A stretch of DNA of 64,000 nt, taken from Mobula hypostoma (taxonomy: Eukaryota). Location: positions 48,734,001 through 48,798,000 of the forward strand of contig NC_086097.1 in assembly GCF_963921235.1 (NCBI RefSeq), in the 5' to 3' direction. Shown here in pieces: positions 1-11,710 of the stretch. Within the stretch, counting starts at the first letter, position 1, and each line of letters starts with the position of its first letter. Position numbers and translations under genes: made by a program. Below the pieces are notes generated by a model. The model searched no databases, had not been told where the DNA came from, and worked only from the letters and a program-made list of their open reading frames with translations.

Positions 1-380
1 AAAGAATAGGGACTCTGGGCTTCCCTACATGCAATTTCTCAAGCCTAAGTGTGGAATTTACTCAGGCATGGACTTGAGAGATTGGGTAGAAGGTTGGGAT
101 GTCTTCCTTTGCTTGGGAGTCCTAAATTTTCATCCACTAACATCTTTAGAAGCTACAATATGGAGGCAAATCTGCAGAGTTTGAAGCTATTTATGGGCTG
201 AAAACATCAACGCAGGTTACTACTGGGAGTGGACGGCTAGCCTGCACCTCATAAAGGGGTTGTCCCTTGTTGGATCAGCTGCAGGCTGTTATTGTAGTGA
301 TTCTAAGATGAATCTGGCCTTAGAAAGGTTGAATGATACTATGAGATAGGAGCCAACAGGCTTTAAGAAATGGTCTGGAT

Positions 381-734
381 TAGTGGCCCCCAAACTCTGG
401 GCCGCGGACCGATACATTGCCACAAAGAATGCAGTGGTGCAGCGGTAGCCAGAACGCACCCAGCACATCTTTAAGAAAAAAAAGCTGAAATAAACAAGCT
501 AATTAATTAGGTGCCACCCAGCACGTAAATGTCGGCCCAGATCAGAGGCGATTGCCGATCGCGTCGCCTCTGATCTGGGCCGATATTTATGTGCCGGGCG
601 GCACCTAATTAATTAGCTTGTTTATTTCAGCTTTTTTTTCTTAAAGATGTGCTGGGTGCATTCCGACTACCGCTGCACCCCTGCATTCTTTGCGGCAATG
701 TATCAGTCCACGGCCAGGAGGCTGGGGACCACTG
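381..734. mobile_element. hAT (Charlie-like) foldback MITE
   Basis: The whole element is an imperfect palindrome with ~170-bp arms and a centre near 558. Termini are (T)AGTGGCCCCCAA / GGGGACCACTG. The 8-bp TSD is GTCTGGAT (373-380) / GTCTGGTT (735-742), close to the Charlie NTCTAGAN target. Confidence 0.9.
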
Positions 735-798
735 GTCTGGTTCGTGCAAAACTGCTCTTTGAGGTAAATGCTTTTATTCAACTGGTAATTATGGATGG

Positions 799-1109
799 TG
801 TTAGCGCATGGCCAAGTGGTTAAGGCTTTTGTCTAGTGATTTGAAGGTCGCTAGTTCGAGCCTTGGTTGAGGCAGCGTGTATGTCTTTGAGCAAGGCACT
901 TTACCACACAGTGCTCTACGATGACACTGATACCAAGCTGTATGGGTCCTAATGCCCTTCCCTTGGACAACATCGGTGGTGTAGAGAGGGAAGACTTGTA
1001 GCATGGGCAACTGCTGGTCTTCCAAACAACCTTGCCCAGGCCTACGCCCTGGAAACTTTCCAAGGCACAAATCCATGGTCTCGTGAGACTAATGGATGCC
1101 TATATATAA
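799..1109 (+). mobile_element. tRNA-derived SINE with CORE-like segment and RTE-like 3' tail
   Basis: A box TGGCCAAGTGG, B box GTTCGAGCC, CORE-like TTGAGCAAGGCACTTTACC, and tail GAGACTAATGGATGCC(TA)n. 12-bp TSD AATTATGGATGG at 787-798 and 1110-1121. Confidence 0.85.
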
Positions 1110-1678
1110 AATTATGGATGGATGAATAAATATTACAGTTATTCATTATATCATTTGAGGCAAATGCTTGTCACTAGGGAAATGAAATAAGCAACTCCAT
1201 TAATGAAATTGAAATTATGCCAGTTATGTGTTAGAACTCTAGCTTGTTACAGTTTTGTTAACTTTAAAGTAAGTACTTTAGTGATTGCTGTGGTATAGAC
1301 TTACAGTATGCTGCATTACCATGTGGTACAGAAACTGCACTACGGCAGACAGGTAGTTAAAACTGCCTGACGCATTACTGACACCAGCCTCCCTGCCATC
1401 AAGGTGCCAGAACAAGCTCAAGACTATCATGAAGGATCCCATCCATCCTGTTTATGGACTATTTCTCCCACTCCCATCAGGGGAGAGGCTGCACGGCATC
1501 GATACCAGGAGCACAAGACTCAAAATCAGTGACTTCCCCCAATCCATCAGGGTGATCAAAACCTCGACCTATTTACCCACTCCACCACACCCCAACCATC
1601 ACTACATGCACCTCACCAAGCGTCACTTTAGTTCATACAATTAGTCTATGTATATAACTGTTACTATACATCGTGTTT

Positions 1679-1891
1679 GGGGGGTGCGGATGTGGTCTGG
1701 GCCTGACGTCCCGTTCACCCAGGGAAAGTGAACGCACAATACATCGCCTCTCCTTTCCCGGTGTAGTGATCGCCACGTGGTCACTGTCTGGCCTGCTAGG
1801 CAGGATGCCACTGCCAATGGCCTCTCCTACATTACTGCATCCGTAGCAACGCCTTCTCGTCGGTGCCCCCCATTTCCACTGAGCTTGCTAC
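1679..1891 (+). ncRNA. HDV-like self-cleaving ribozyme (candidate)
   Basis: P1 GGGGGGT(1679-85)/GCCCCCC(1865-71); P2 GTAGCAA(1843-49)/TTGCTAC(1885-91); P3 GCC(1851-53)/GGT(1862-64); L3 TTCTCGTC(1854-61) fits TYCHCG*Y; J4/2 CTGA(1879-82) fits CNRA. P4 is minimal. Confidence 0.75.
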
Positions 1892-2343
1892 GTCATGGCG
1901 TGACCGAGCGTCCGGTGGTATAACTGGGTGGGTAGGCTGGGCTCGTTAGCCTTGGTTGGCAGCCAGCCTAAGAGAAGGACAACTCTGAATCCAAACCCGG
2001 GCAGGTGGGCCTCATCAGCCTTGTCAGGACATCCACCTACTAGGAGAAGGACACTCCGACATAAATCCTACGACCCGAGGACCTCGCTGTCACCGTCCCA
2101 GCTTGCTAGGCTATGGCAGATGAACCCCGGGTGTAAAGGGTGGGGCCAGTACCGTGCACACTGCACTCCACCTAAAATACCATTGCGCAGGCCGAAGGAC
2201 ACGACCACGTCTACGACCATCTCTTGCAGCCGCTGTGGCCGGGCCTGTCTGTCTCGTACTGGCCTCGTCAGCCACCAGCGAGCCTGCAGAAGACTGGGCA
2301 GCCCCCTTCCTAAATTTTTATTCCTGAAGCCAAGCCATGACTG
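1679..2343 (+). mobile_element. Non-autonomous, internally deleted RTE-clade element (5' UTR plus C-terminal zinc finger and 3' end)
   Basis: 11-bp TSD ACATCGTGTTT at 1668-1678 and 2344-2354. The 3' part encodes CSRCGRACLSRTGLVSHQRAC, an RTE C-terminal zinc finger. The RTE-type 5' UTR motif GAGAAGGAC(A)ACTC occurs twice. GC/CpG-rich relative to flanks. Confidence 0.85.
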
Positions 2344-3589
2344 ACATCGTGTTTTACAGGATTGTTTTTATATTTTTATTTATTGTGTTTTGATATGCTG
2401 CATCAGATCCAAAGTAACAATTATTTTGTTCTCCTTTACACTTGTTTACTGAAGAACAGCTCTATACAATCTTGAATCATTGGAAAGATTATGAGACTGT
2501 AATATGCCATCTGACCTCACTCCTTATTTTTATTAAAAATAAGGACTGATATCAGATGGAAGGAACAGAGAGGTTCTATCCAGCCCCATGTGATTTCCAC
2601 CCAAAAGGTTAGGTTAAAACCTTTTCAGTGCTCTTGATAGCATGCCCTGAGGTTTTGCAGTTTGCAAGCCTAAAGAGTATAACTGAACAGAATTTGGACA
2701 AGTTATTACAGAGCACAGAAATTGTAAAGTAAAAGACCAGGATCTCCTACCACACCCTGGGGACATATCCAAGTCTTGTAAGATTTGTGGTTCTAATAGG
2801 AAGCAAGAATCAAAAGGGTGTTGAAGGAAAGTCCAAAATTTTCAAGAATCTACAAAGTGGGTCCATATGGCATTTCTGCTCAATTTATAAATATTTCAAT
2901 GCCAAGACACAGGCCAATAATTATTTTGTGCTGTTTATTTTATGTCTGTGTGTTCATAGACATCATGTATTTTTATAGACTGGGTTTCATTACTCATTTT
3001 TACTCCCAATACAGATTCTTTCTGAAGCTTAATCGGAAATCCAGAATATTTTACCCTGGAAATAGGTGCAGTCTTCGGAGGGAAAACAAATTCTGTAATG
3101 TGTAGGTCTTGCTAATCAGTGCCTGCTCCCACTGGAGAAAATGAACGGAGACAGATTATACTTTATAGAAGAACGTATGAGTCGTTGCTGTGACAGTGGA
3201 CTTTTGTGAAGACGCATTCTACACATCACTGGAATTTAGATATGAAATTTTAGAATACTAACAGCGATATTTTTCCTATCTCTTGAGCAATGCAGATTAA
3301 TTCCTGCGATGCCCTGCTGTGAACAGAACACATTGCATTTTGCTTCCAATTTGTCTGCAACTGATACAGAGGTAAAATCTTTTAGAAATAAAATGAGCAG
3401 GAATTTTGTTTGAAATGTGCTGCCTTCATGGAAATTTCCATTACAATATGTAAAATAAAAGTGCTGAAAGAATGACAAATTGTTTGTAGAACACGAGAAG
3501 CTTTATCTGTGTGCATCCTAAAATATCGACTTTGAAAGCCTGTCTCAGTAGAAGAGCGGCATTGCGCAAATCAAAGGGTCAGAATGTTG

Positions 3590-3930
3590 AATCCAGGCTC
3601 CAACATTTATAGTCACTCACTTTCAAGGATTCTTCATCTCATCTTCTCAATATTTATCGCTTACTTATTTATAATTTTTTTTTGTTTTCGATTTGCTTAG
3701 TTTGTTGTCTTTTGCACATTAGTTGTTTGCCCATCCTGTCAGGTGTGGTCTTTCATTGATTCTGTTATGAATCTTTGAGCTTCTGCTAGAAAATGAATTT
3801 CAGGGTTGTATATGGTGACACCATCCTAACATGCTTTTGACCAGGAAAACCTGTAACACTCACACTCCTCTTCACTAGGTATATGTATATATTTATGTGT
3901 ATATGTATTATATGTACTTTGAACTTTGAA
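3590..3930 (+). mobile_element. Rex1/L2-like LINE 3' UTR fragment
   Basis: Shares the ...AAATGAATTTCAGGGTTGTATATGGTGACA... tail with the copy at ~58590-58640 and ends in ACTTTGAACTTTGA. Confidence 0.6.
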
Positions 3931-4624
3931 ATTATGAAGAGCCACAGTGGAATCTTCAGTTCTCGTCCATTAGGGCAGAAGAGCAGAGAAAGGCTTGAGA
4001 GGACTGATTTTGCTCTGCTGAAAAGCACTTCTGGCACACAGCAAAATCAACAGCTGCCATGAAGAAATTGATGGTAGAGACTACCCTGCCCTCTGAGCTG
4101 AAGTAAGCAGTGGGTAGCGGTAAACAGCAGTGAGGGACCTATATTATGGAGAATGTAACGTAGCAATAATTAACATACTGGAAATGAGCCAGCATGTAAT
4201 GAGACCCATTCTTGCAGGCTCCATTTATTCTCTCTCTAGTGCTCTTTGTGATGCAAAAGCAAAACACTCATTTTTATGTTCCATTATTTTTCATGTAATT
4301 TATCCTGTCACTGTGATCCGCAGTTTTTCACTCAATAATACTGACAATCGGTCTGCTTCAGCACCACCTACTGCAGCTTCTATTATGAATTGAGCATTAT
4401 ATTTGAAGCAAACTTTTTCGAGTAAATTTGTTACCTAAATTCATTCAGTCGTTTTGTTCCCATCATCCAAAACTATTGGGTGTATAAAAGGCTATGGTGT
4501 GGGTTTCTTTTTTCTCCAGTACAGAAAATATTACAAAATGAGATTGATTGGAAACACTTACCACAACCCATGTCTTCAGGCATGCCAACCTGTCAAATTC
4601 CAGAGACTAGAACCAACGTACATG

Positions 4625-4790
4625 AAAACAGAAAGTGCTGGAAACACTCAGCAGGTCAGCCACCATATGTGGACTGAGTAACAGAATTAATACTTCATGC
4701 TGGTGGCCCTTTATCAGAATGAGAAAAGTTAGTTTGAAGTTGCAGAGGGTGGGAGGGACTGATGATAGAACAAAAGAGATATTTCTAATA
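4625..4790 (-). mobile_element. Penelope-like element terminal (pLTR) fragment
   Basis: Reverse-complement homology to 40810-40950 and 49773-49905. Decayed hammerhead core CTGATAA...GAAG. Confidence 0.6.
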
Positions 4791-5854
4791 ATTTTCAGAG
4801 TTTCATTCTAAACTAGTGTGAATGAGCTCGAGGGCTCTAATGGTTTGTTGGGAAGTAGAAACTCCTCATCACATGCACTACATGAGAATACTTAGAGCTA
4901 GACAAAAACATTGTAAGCAGGAAAATTTGTGTGATCACCTACTTTCACATTACTATAAAAGCAAAGAAGAAAGGACAGGGTTCTGACATTGGATTAAAGC
5001 TGATAGCTTCTCTAACACAGCATGGCTGTGTGACTTTTAACTTACTAACAGTGTGCTTTTGATTACAATCATCACTGAACTAATAGTGAGAATCTATTCC
5101 CCACTTCATCGTAGCAGAAGAGCTAATTATAATGGAGATCGTTGATTTGAGGCCTTTTCTTTCCTGTAAAGGTTATGAATTGGAAATTGATTGGCCCCAG
5201 TCTGCCTGCCACCCTGCTGGGTGAGTAAAATTAGTATTGCCAATGTTGGGAGAAGGATGTGGATCCCCTGCCATTAGCATCAATGAGTAGAACCCAGGGT
5301 CCTTCAGTTTAAATAGTTATCCATTATATACTGGATTGGATCAATATGGACATAGTCTGTAGCTCCCCACCTGCAGGAGCCCCAAAGCCACACTATTTCT
5401 TATAGCTCTACACCCTCCATTAATCTTAAAACTTGAGCAATAACCCGATAGCTTTGTGACAGCATGTGCTGTTACAAAACACCTTTTTTAATATTTCAGT
5501 TTGTATCTTATAACCATTAAGAATCTGTAGGAAAATATTAAATCATTTACAAAAATTAAAGCATATTAACATTCTTTAAAAAATAATGTATTTGAAAACA
5601 CATTAAAATTCTATTAATTAATAACAATGACCACTTTCAAGTATGTGATTATGTTAGATATGACCAGGCATAAATCAGAGGGGTCAGATACAAGGAGTAT
5701 GTGGCTCAGTAATTTGCAGCTAACCATCAATACGTTATGGCTTGCAATATTCTATGAAAACATTCTAGGCTACAATTCAGTATTCATATGTGGTGCCCAT
5801 CAGGTTCAGTTCTCTTTGGACAAATCAATATTTAAGTGTTGGCTGTAAAGACAA

Positions 5855-6445
5855 CAGCCAAACTCAAGAAAACACAACAGCACCTCCATTTCCTGAGGAG
5901 ATTGATGTGTGAGGCTTCCCTTCACCCCCATTCTAGCCAATTTTTACAGGAACACCATTGAGACTGTCCTGACCAGCTGCATCACCGTTTGATACGAGAA
6001 TTACAAAGTAGCTGACCTCAAGACTCTACAAAGAATTGCAAGGTCTGTTAAAGAGGATCATCTGGGCCTTTCTACCACCCATCAGAGATGGGCCCTAAGC
6101 TTTGTCAATGATCCCTCCCATCTGACTAACAATCTTTTTGATCCTCTACCATCAGGCAGAAGGTATCATAGCATTAGGACAAAGGCAGTTAGGATGGGAA
6201 ACACAATCTTCTCCAAGGCCATGAGAGACTACTACCACCACCCAGGTATCATCACATATGAAGCGTCAGTGGCATTATACTGGTTAACTTCTGTTGTAAA
6301 TATACCTTTTTTTTTGTTATTTGTAGTGATATTACTTTATGTATTGTGCGTGAGTAACATGTGCTGTGATGTGCACCTTGATCCAGAGGAACATTGTTTT
6401 GCTTGGCAGTATACATGCATATGGTTGAATGACAAGCAATAAGCT
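5855..6445 (+). mobile_element. Rex1/L2-like LINE 3' fragment
   Basis: Degenerate ORF2 C-terminus (KTQQHLHFLRRL...PLPSGRRY) followed by 3' UTR. Confidence 0.7.
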
Positions 6446-6539
6446 ATTGTCTTGAGGACCGATATGTTGTGGCTCAAGAATATCTAATAAAATTCCAAAG
6501 CAAAATTAAGTTCGGGTGCTTTTCAAATATCCTTGTCAG

Positions 6540-6670
6540 GTACATAGGACATAGAACAGTACAACACTGGAACAGGTCCTTTGGCCCATGGTGTCTGTGC
6601 TGAAGACAATGGCAAACTAAACTCAATCTCTTCTGTCTGCACATGATCTACATACCTCCATTCCCTGTTT
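6540..6670 (-). mobile_element. CR1 3' UTR fragment
   Basis: ACATAGAACAGTACAACAC...GGCCC pattern shared with other CR1 3' ends in the window. Confidence 0.55.
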
Positions 6671-7624
6671 ACTTGCAAAGCTTACATTAATTGCCTGAAG
6701 ATACAGATTCATACTTTATACATGTAAACATGGACTCATTCATGCCCCACCTAAGGTTCATTCCAAATCACAGCTGCTCATATGAGTTGCCAATCAGAAT
6801 TTGCTGATCACTGCTTTTAGGTAGGTCATTATTCTTTGGTACAACCAACAGGATACAGATTCATCTCCTTTACCATTAGCCCACAAGAATAGACAAAGTG
6901 AGCACAGGCATTTGCTGTTGTCCTCAAAGGCAGGCATCTAGAGATGGTGCTCACAAACTGTGCCCTCCGACCTCCCCCCCACCTCCATCACCTCCTGGTA
7001 CCTTTCTGGTAGGTGTGCCTGTCCGTGGCTCTTAACCAGAGGACATCCATCCTGCGGATGATGCAACCCTTCAGTCCAGACCTCAGGGATCTGCTATGAA
7101 CAAACACTCTCCCCTCCGGAAGAGTGCTGGTGGTGGCCTGTGTGCCCTTAAGGTATGGAGGCTGAGAGTTAGCAGATGTGAGAAATTGGACCAGAGCTTT
7201 CTGGTGAAAAAGCAGCAGCACAGCATTGCACAAGGGACCCTTGCAACTTCACAATCATTTTTAAAATCATGTCAAGAAAATGCACACCATAATTTTAACA
7301 CCGACAAAAGATGCTGATGTGTATATAGAACAACGACTACAGATCCTTCCCAATGGTGAATTTGACAGGACCAGTGGCCCGAGGTTTTCTCATGAAAGTT
7401 GGTAAGTAGCAGCACCTCACCTTCACTGTTTAGATGTGGTGTAAGGATCAGTCTGTAATTTCCAGACTGTCATCAGTAGTCTAACAGCACAGAGTTTTCC
7501 GTCATCACCAAGCACTGGATAACAGGTGGAAACTTTAAGAGACGGCATGCAGTTCCAGTCCCTCACCAGCAAGTGTCACTGTAGAGCAACCTATGTTTGA
7601 GGGTTCCCATTCCTTTACTTGATA

Positions 7625-8120
7625 TAGATAGATTGAGAGATACTTTATTGATCCCAAAAGAAATTAGTGCCACAGTAGCATTACAAGTGCACGGATACAC
7701 AAATATTAGAAGAGAAGTAAGAAAGAATAAAAAATAAATTACCTCGAACAGTGTAACAGGAGGTGGTTATCGCTTCCCCAGCTATAGGTTGACTCATTAT
7801 AGACCCTGATGGCGAAGGGTAAGAATGAGCTGATACAGTACCCTTTGAAGCAGTGTAGTTGTCTCAGTCTATTACTAAAAGTACTACTCTGTTCAGCCAA
7901 GGTGGCATGCAGAGGGTGAGAAACATTGTCCAGAATTGCCAGGATTTTCTGTAGGGTCCTTTGTTCTCCCACACCTCCAGTGTGTCCGGGTTGACTCCTA
8001 TAACAGAGCCAGCCTCTCAAATCAGTTTATTGAGCCTGTTGGCACCATCCCTGTTGATGCCATTCTCCCAGCACACCACCACATAGAAGATTGTATTGAT
8101 GACAACAGACTGTTAGGTAC
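7625..8120 (-). mobile_element. Rex1/Babar-like LINE 3' fragment
   Basis: Minus-strand translation ILDNVSHPLHATL...SSFLPFAIRVYN; tail contains ATCT-type repeats. Confidence 0.7.
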
Positions 8121-9256
8121 ATAACTAAAGTTCTAAAGTAAATATTAAAATGCAATTTTACATTTCTTACCTGGATTTCCTCTCTTTTCACCCTTTTGGC
8201 AGTCCTTCTGCTGCAGAGTAGTTCATCATCTTCCCTGCCTGAAGAGGTGACCATTTCCTCACCCAGCCAAACGCTGCTCCGATCCCAGGTTGTTTATTCA
8301 CCTGCAATGTACATTGCATGCTTCCTTACAATTGGAAATACATGACAGAGAGTGCAGCCTCATGCAGATGGTTACATCTGGGAACAATGGTAGCATTCAA
8401 GCAATTGGCTCCAACCCACTGGCTGCCAAGCTGAACCAAAGTGCCTAAGACTTTCTCTAAGTCCACTCAAATGAGATTTCAGTGCCTTCTGGAAAATATC
8501 AGAGAAAGCAAGAACAAAATTTTATTAGAGTGGTGTTGCTTATCTAAAACTGCAATAAGAACTCAATTCTGATGTTTTACTCTATTGGGGGGGGCGGAGA
8601 CTTTGAGGTTGGCATAATGGGAACATAAAGGAGCCCCAATTTGAAATGGCAATGGGTGAACTAGGAAGATGTTGGCCAAATGCAGGCAAATGTAATTACT
8701 TCCAACAGGGGTGCAGTGCTAATTTTTTAGGTGCCGGAGCTGACAAAATGCTTGCCATTTCCTATATCCTCTCTATGTATATGTCACACCCAGTCTGCGT
8801 ACATGCTCATTTCATGTACTGGGCAACTATATGAGTAGGGCTTTTTATAACATCAAGCATTAAACCAAGATGAAAGAAATATGTGAATTCCAGAGCTCCA
8901 TAGAAATATAATGATAGATAAGACATTAACAAGATTATAGCCTATCACTACATTTCAGTGTATAACTGGTACAATAAAACATATAATACTTAATTTAATA
9001 ACATGACAAAGTATTGCACAGTTGCACCCACCAATTATCATAAGACATAATTATCAAGCAAGTAAAGAAAAAGATGGTAATCATGTATTTTACCAATTTA
9101 AAAGTAATTACCTACTTACCAAATACCACCAATGAGAAGTTTCACAATAATTTCCACAAAGGGTCAGGCGTAATATGTTTTCAGGGGTCTGAAGCAACTC
9201 TTGTCCTGGTGTCATCTGTTGATCTGTGTTATTGCAGCCATGATATGACATACGGC

Positions 9257-11321
9257 TCAGGAATCCACTGAACTGAGCTGTATGAGAGGAGGTCCATGTA
9301 GTTTAACAAATATAAGTACTGATACATGATTTATGAGAATTCTTGAATGTGTTGTTGTTATTATCAAGTTTATGTGACTGAATCCTCTCTCACACTCAGC
9401 AGTACTAATAGGAATAACTTGTGAACAGCTCAGTAATGGGTGTAAATCTTGGGGGATGCAGAGTCCATGATCCTCCACATAATCTCTGAAGGCATTTATT
9501 ACAGAGGAAGAGGAAAGCTTAGACCCTTTACAGAGAGATGACATTGCAGCTTCTCCATAATTAGGCGGTATTTCAGCAGGCCAGTTAACTTTATCAAGGA
9601 CACACATTTCATTTAGCAGGGATTTACACATACTTTGAGGTTTAGAAGTTTGAGAATCTTTCAAGGATGTTGCCGTCAACATATGGTGCTACAAATTGTT
9701 TATAAGACTAGTAAGAAATTGTAGACAATTAATGGAGAGAATTTTGTTGTTGCTTGTTAAGGTAATTCCCTTTTCAACTGCCTCTTGAGCTTCTAGTGTT
9801 TTTGTACCAGGTTGCTCTTTCCATCCATGCAATGATCTTATGCTCCGTTGGATCAGTTTTTTCTGCATAAACAATCGTACTGGTGCGTTTCTGTAAACAC
9901 TCTGACAGTAAACCAAATTCATGCCATGTGTCATACATTAGAGCTAAGTCCAATAGAAACTGTTTTGAAGGGAGTCTTTTCAACAGACCTTCATAGGTTT
10001 TTCTGTCACTCCCTGATCTTGCTTCATCTTTCATTGCTTTTTCAAAATGAAGACACAGTGTTTCATAATTTTGCCACACTGCTGAACCTGTTCGAAATGA
10101 GCTAGCTACCCACTTGGTGCCCAGAACACGGCCTATTTTCCAAATTTGTTGTTCCAGTTGAGAGGCACATTCAGACAGCTCCTTTTGATTTAGGGGTGAC
10201 CTACTGTAAGCAGAGTACAATTCGTCCATAAATGATTGAAAATGATTTATTCCATGAACTTCTCTCACCGAATCACCTACTGCAAGTTCTAATATGTGAT
10301 TAAGACAGTGCCAAATTATCACATCAGGATAATGTTCCTTGAGAATTGTAGCAACACCAGATTTAACACCAAGCATTACGCTCGCCCCATCACTAGCAAA
10401 TGCTGTAAGATTCTGTTTCAAGTAAGAGTCATCAAACCCATGGTTATTGAGACAGTTCAATAGATGCTTAGCAATAGGTGCAGCTTTCTGATCAGGCAGT
10501 TCAATTAGATCTAAAAACATAAAATGGGGATCACCTTCCTTATCACTTCCGCATTTCAAATAAACTATTAGGGCGGTCTTAATGCTCAGGCTTGTTGATT
10601 CATCAATGAAAACAGAAAATTTGCCATTTATCTGCTTGATATGCTGGCAAATTTTCTTTTTCATATTAATAGCTATGTGATTAATTATCCCTGTAGCACT
10701 AGTGCAGGAATGTAGTCCAATTCCAAAGTCAATACCATTTTTATTTTGAAGTTCCAATAAGCCAACCTGATCAGAGTATGGTCTGTCATTCTGAGCTAAA
10801 TAATATGCAGAACGAAAAATTGAACAAGTTGTCTTTAGATGCGAAGTATTCATGGTGTCACATAATTTTCCAAGAGCATCTTCACTAGCTATATTTTCAA
10901 CACTTACAGCAGCAGTGTGAGCTTTTGATAGTTTTTGATCAACAATTTTTCTTCTGAAAGACTTCAAGCGTGTACTTCGACCGGTTCCATAATAGGATAC
11001 TTGGTACATCTGCCAATCATTTGACAGCCTCAAACCCTTAGAAGTGAAAAGTGTCAGATTGCTTTTGTTTGCACATACTTTACACCCAAGTTTATCATCC
11101 TTGAAGTCTAACCGGGGCTAAGTTTCCTTCTTTTTCTTCCACATTTCTTCAGTCCAAACATCTGAACAGGGATACAAGCCTGACTTCAATGGATCATTAC
11201 TTTCAGAACTGCATTTGGACACGATTAGAAAATTGCCAAGCAGGCAAAACACAGCTTTTGTCACTTTTACTGTTAGCAGTTTCTTGTACATTATTCTTGT
11301 TACACTCCTCAGCTTGTTCAC
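9257..11321 (-). pseudogene. hAT transposase pseudogene
   Basis: Motifs VFIDEST, ASDGASVM, WHCLNH (CxxH) and IPISTAECERGFS (dimerisation domain with catalytic E). ORFs 11118-11321 and 9774-11033 are in one frame separated by a stop; frameshifts occur near 9.7-9.9 kb. Confidence 0.9.
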
Positions 11322-11419
11322 GAAAGAAAGTTAACATTATTTGCTTAGAAGCCATAGGGTTGTCAGTGAGAAAAATACTTTTGTATTAGTGAGTAATCCA
11401 TGGACCACCACAGATGTAG

Positions 11420-11710
11420 CCTTACTAAGTGCTCTTTCACGCATAATTTTGCCATCAATAGGGATATGCTTCTGTGACATGTCCTCTAGCCACACACTTA
11501 ATGCTTTCTCAGTCTTGCAAGCACTTTATCATGAACCAGAGAGACCATTTTTGCCATTGTAGGAGTAGCACTAACACTTCCACGAATTTCAGCTTCTTTC
11601 TGCTTTATTGTGCGAATGCTTGATTCGTTCTTACCGAGCTTACGGCCCACTTCGGCAAGCGACATGCCACTTTTCAAAAGATCTAAGATTTTTATTTTCT
11701 TTGTGAACAA
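11420..11710 (-). pseudogene. Tigger/pogo-type CENP-B HTH DNA-binding segment inside the hAT
   Basis: KIKILDLLKSGMSLAEVGRKLGKNESSIRTIKQKE..., then after a 1-nt frameshift EKALSVWLEDMSQKHIPIDGKIMRERALS. Confidence 0.8.

Larger units (their letters stand above)
1305..2480 (+). mobile_element. Rex1/Babar-L2-like LINE 3' fragment interrupted by the RTE-derived element
   Basis: Translation MKDPIHPVYGLFLPLPSGERL...SDFPQSIR matches the LINE ORF2 C-terminus. The 3' UTR resumes after 2344. Confidence 0.7.

Noticed and set aside
799..875. tRNA gene
   Set aside because: It has A/B boxes but is the head of a TSD-flanked SINE, with no clean acceptor stem or terminator.
1928..2344. 138-aa zinc-finger protein gene
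   Set aside because: GTG start; the frame crosses RTE 5' UTR sequence and ends in the RTE C-terminal remnant inside a TSD-bounded repeat.
9774..11033. Domesticated host gene (KIAA1586/ZNF862-like)
   Set aside because: It lies within intact TIRs and a TSD and has a stop and frameshifts, so it is a transposon copy.
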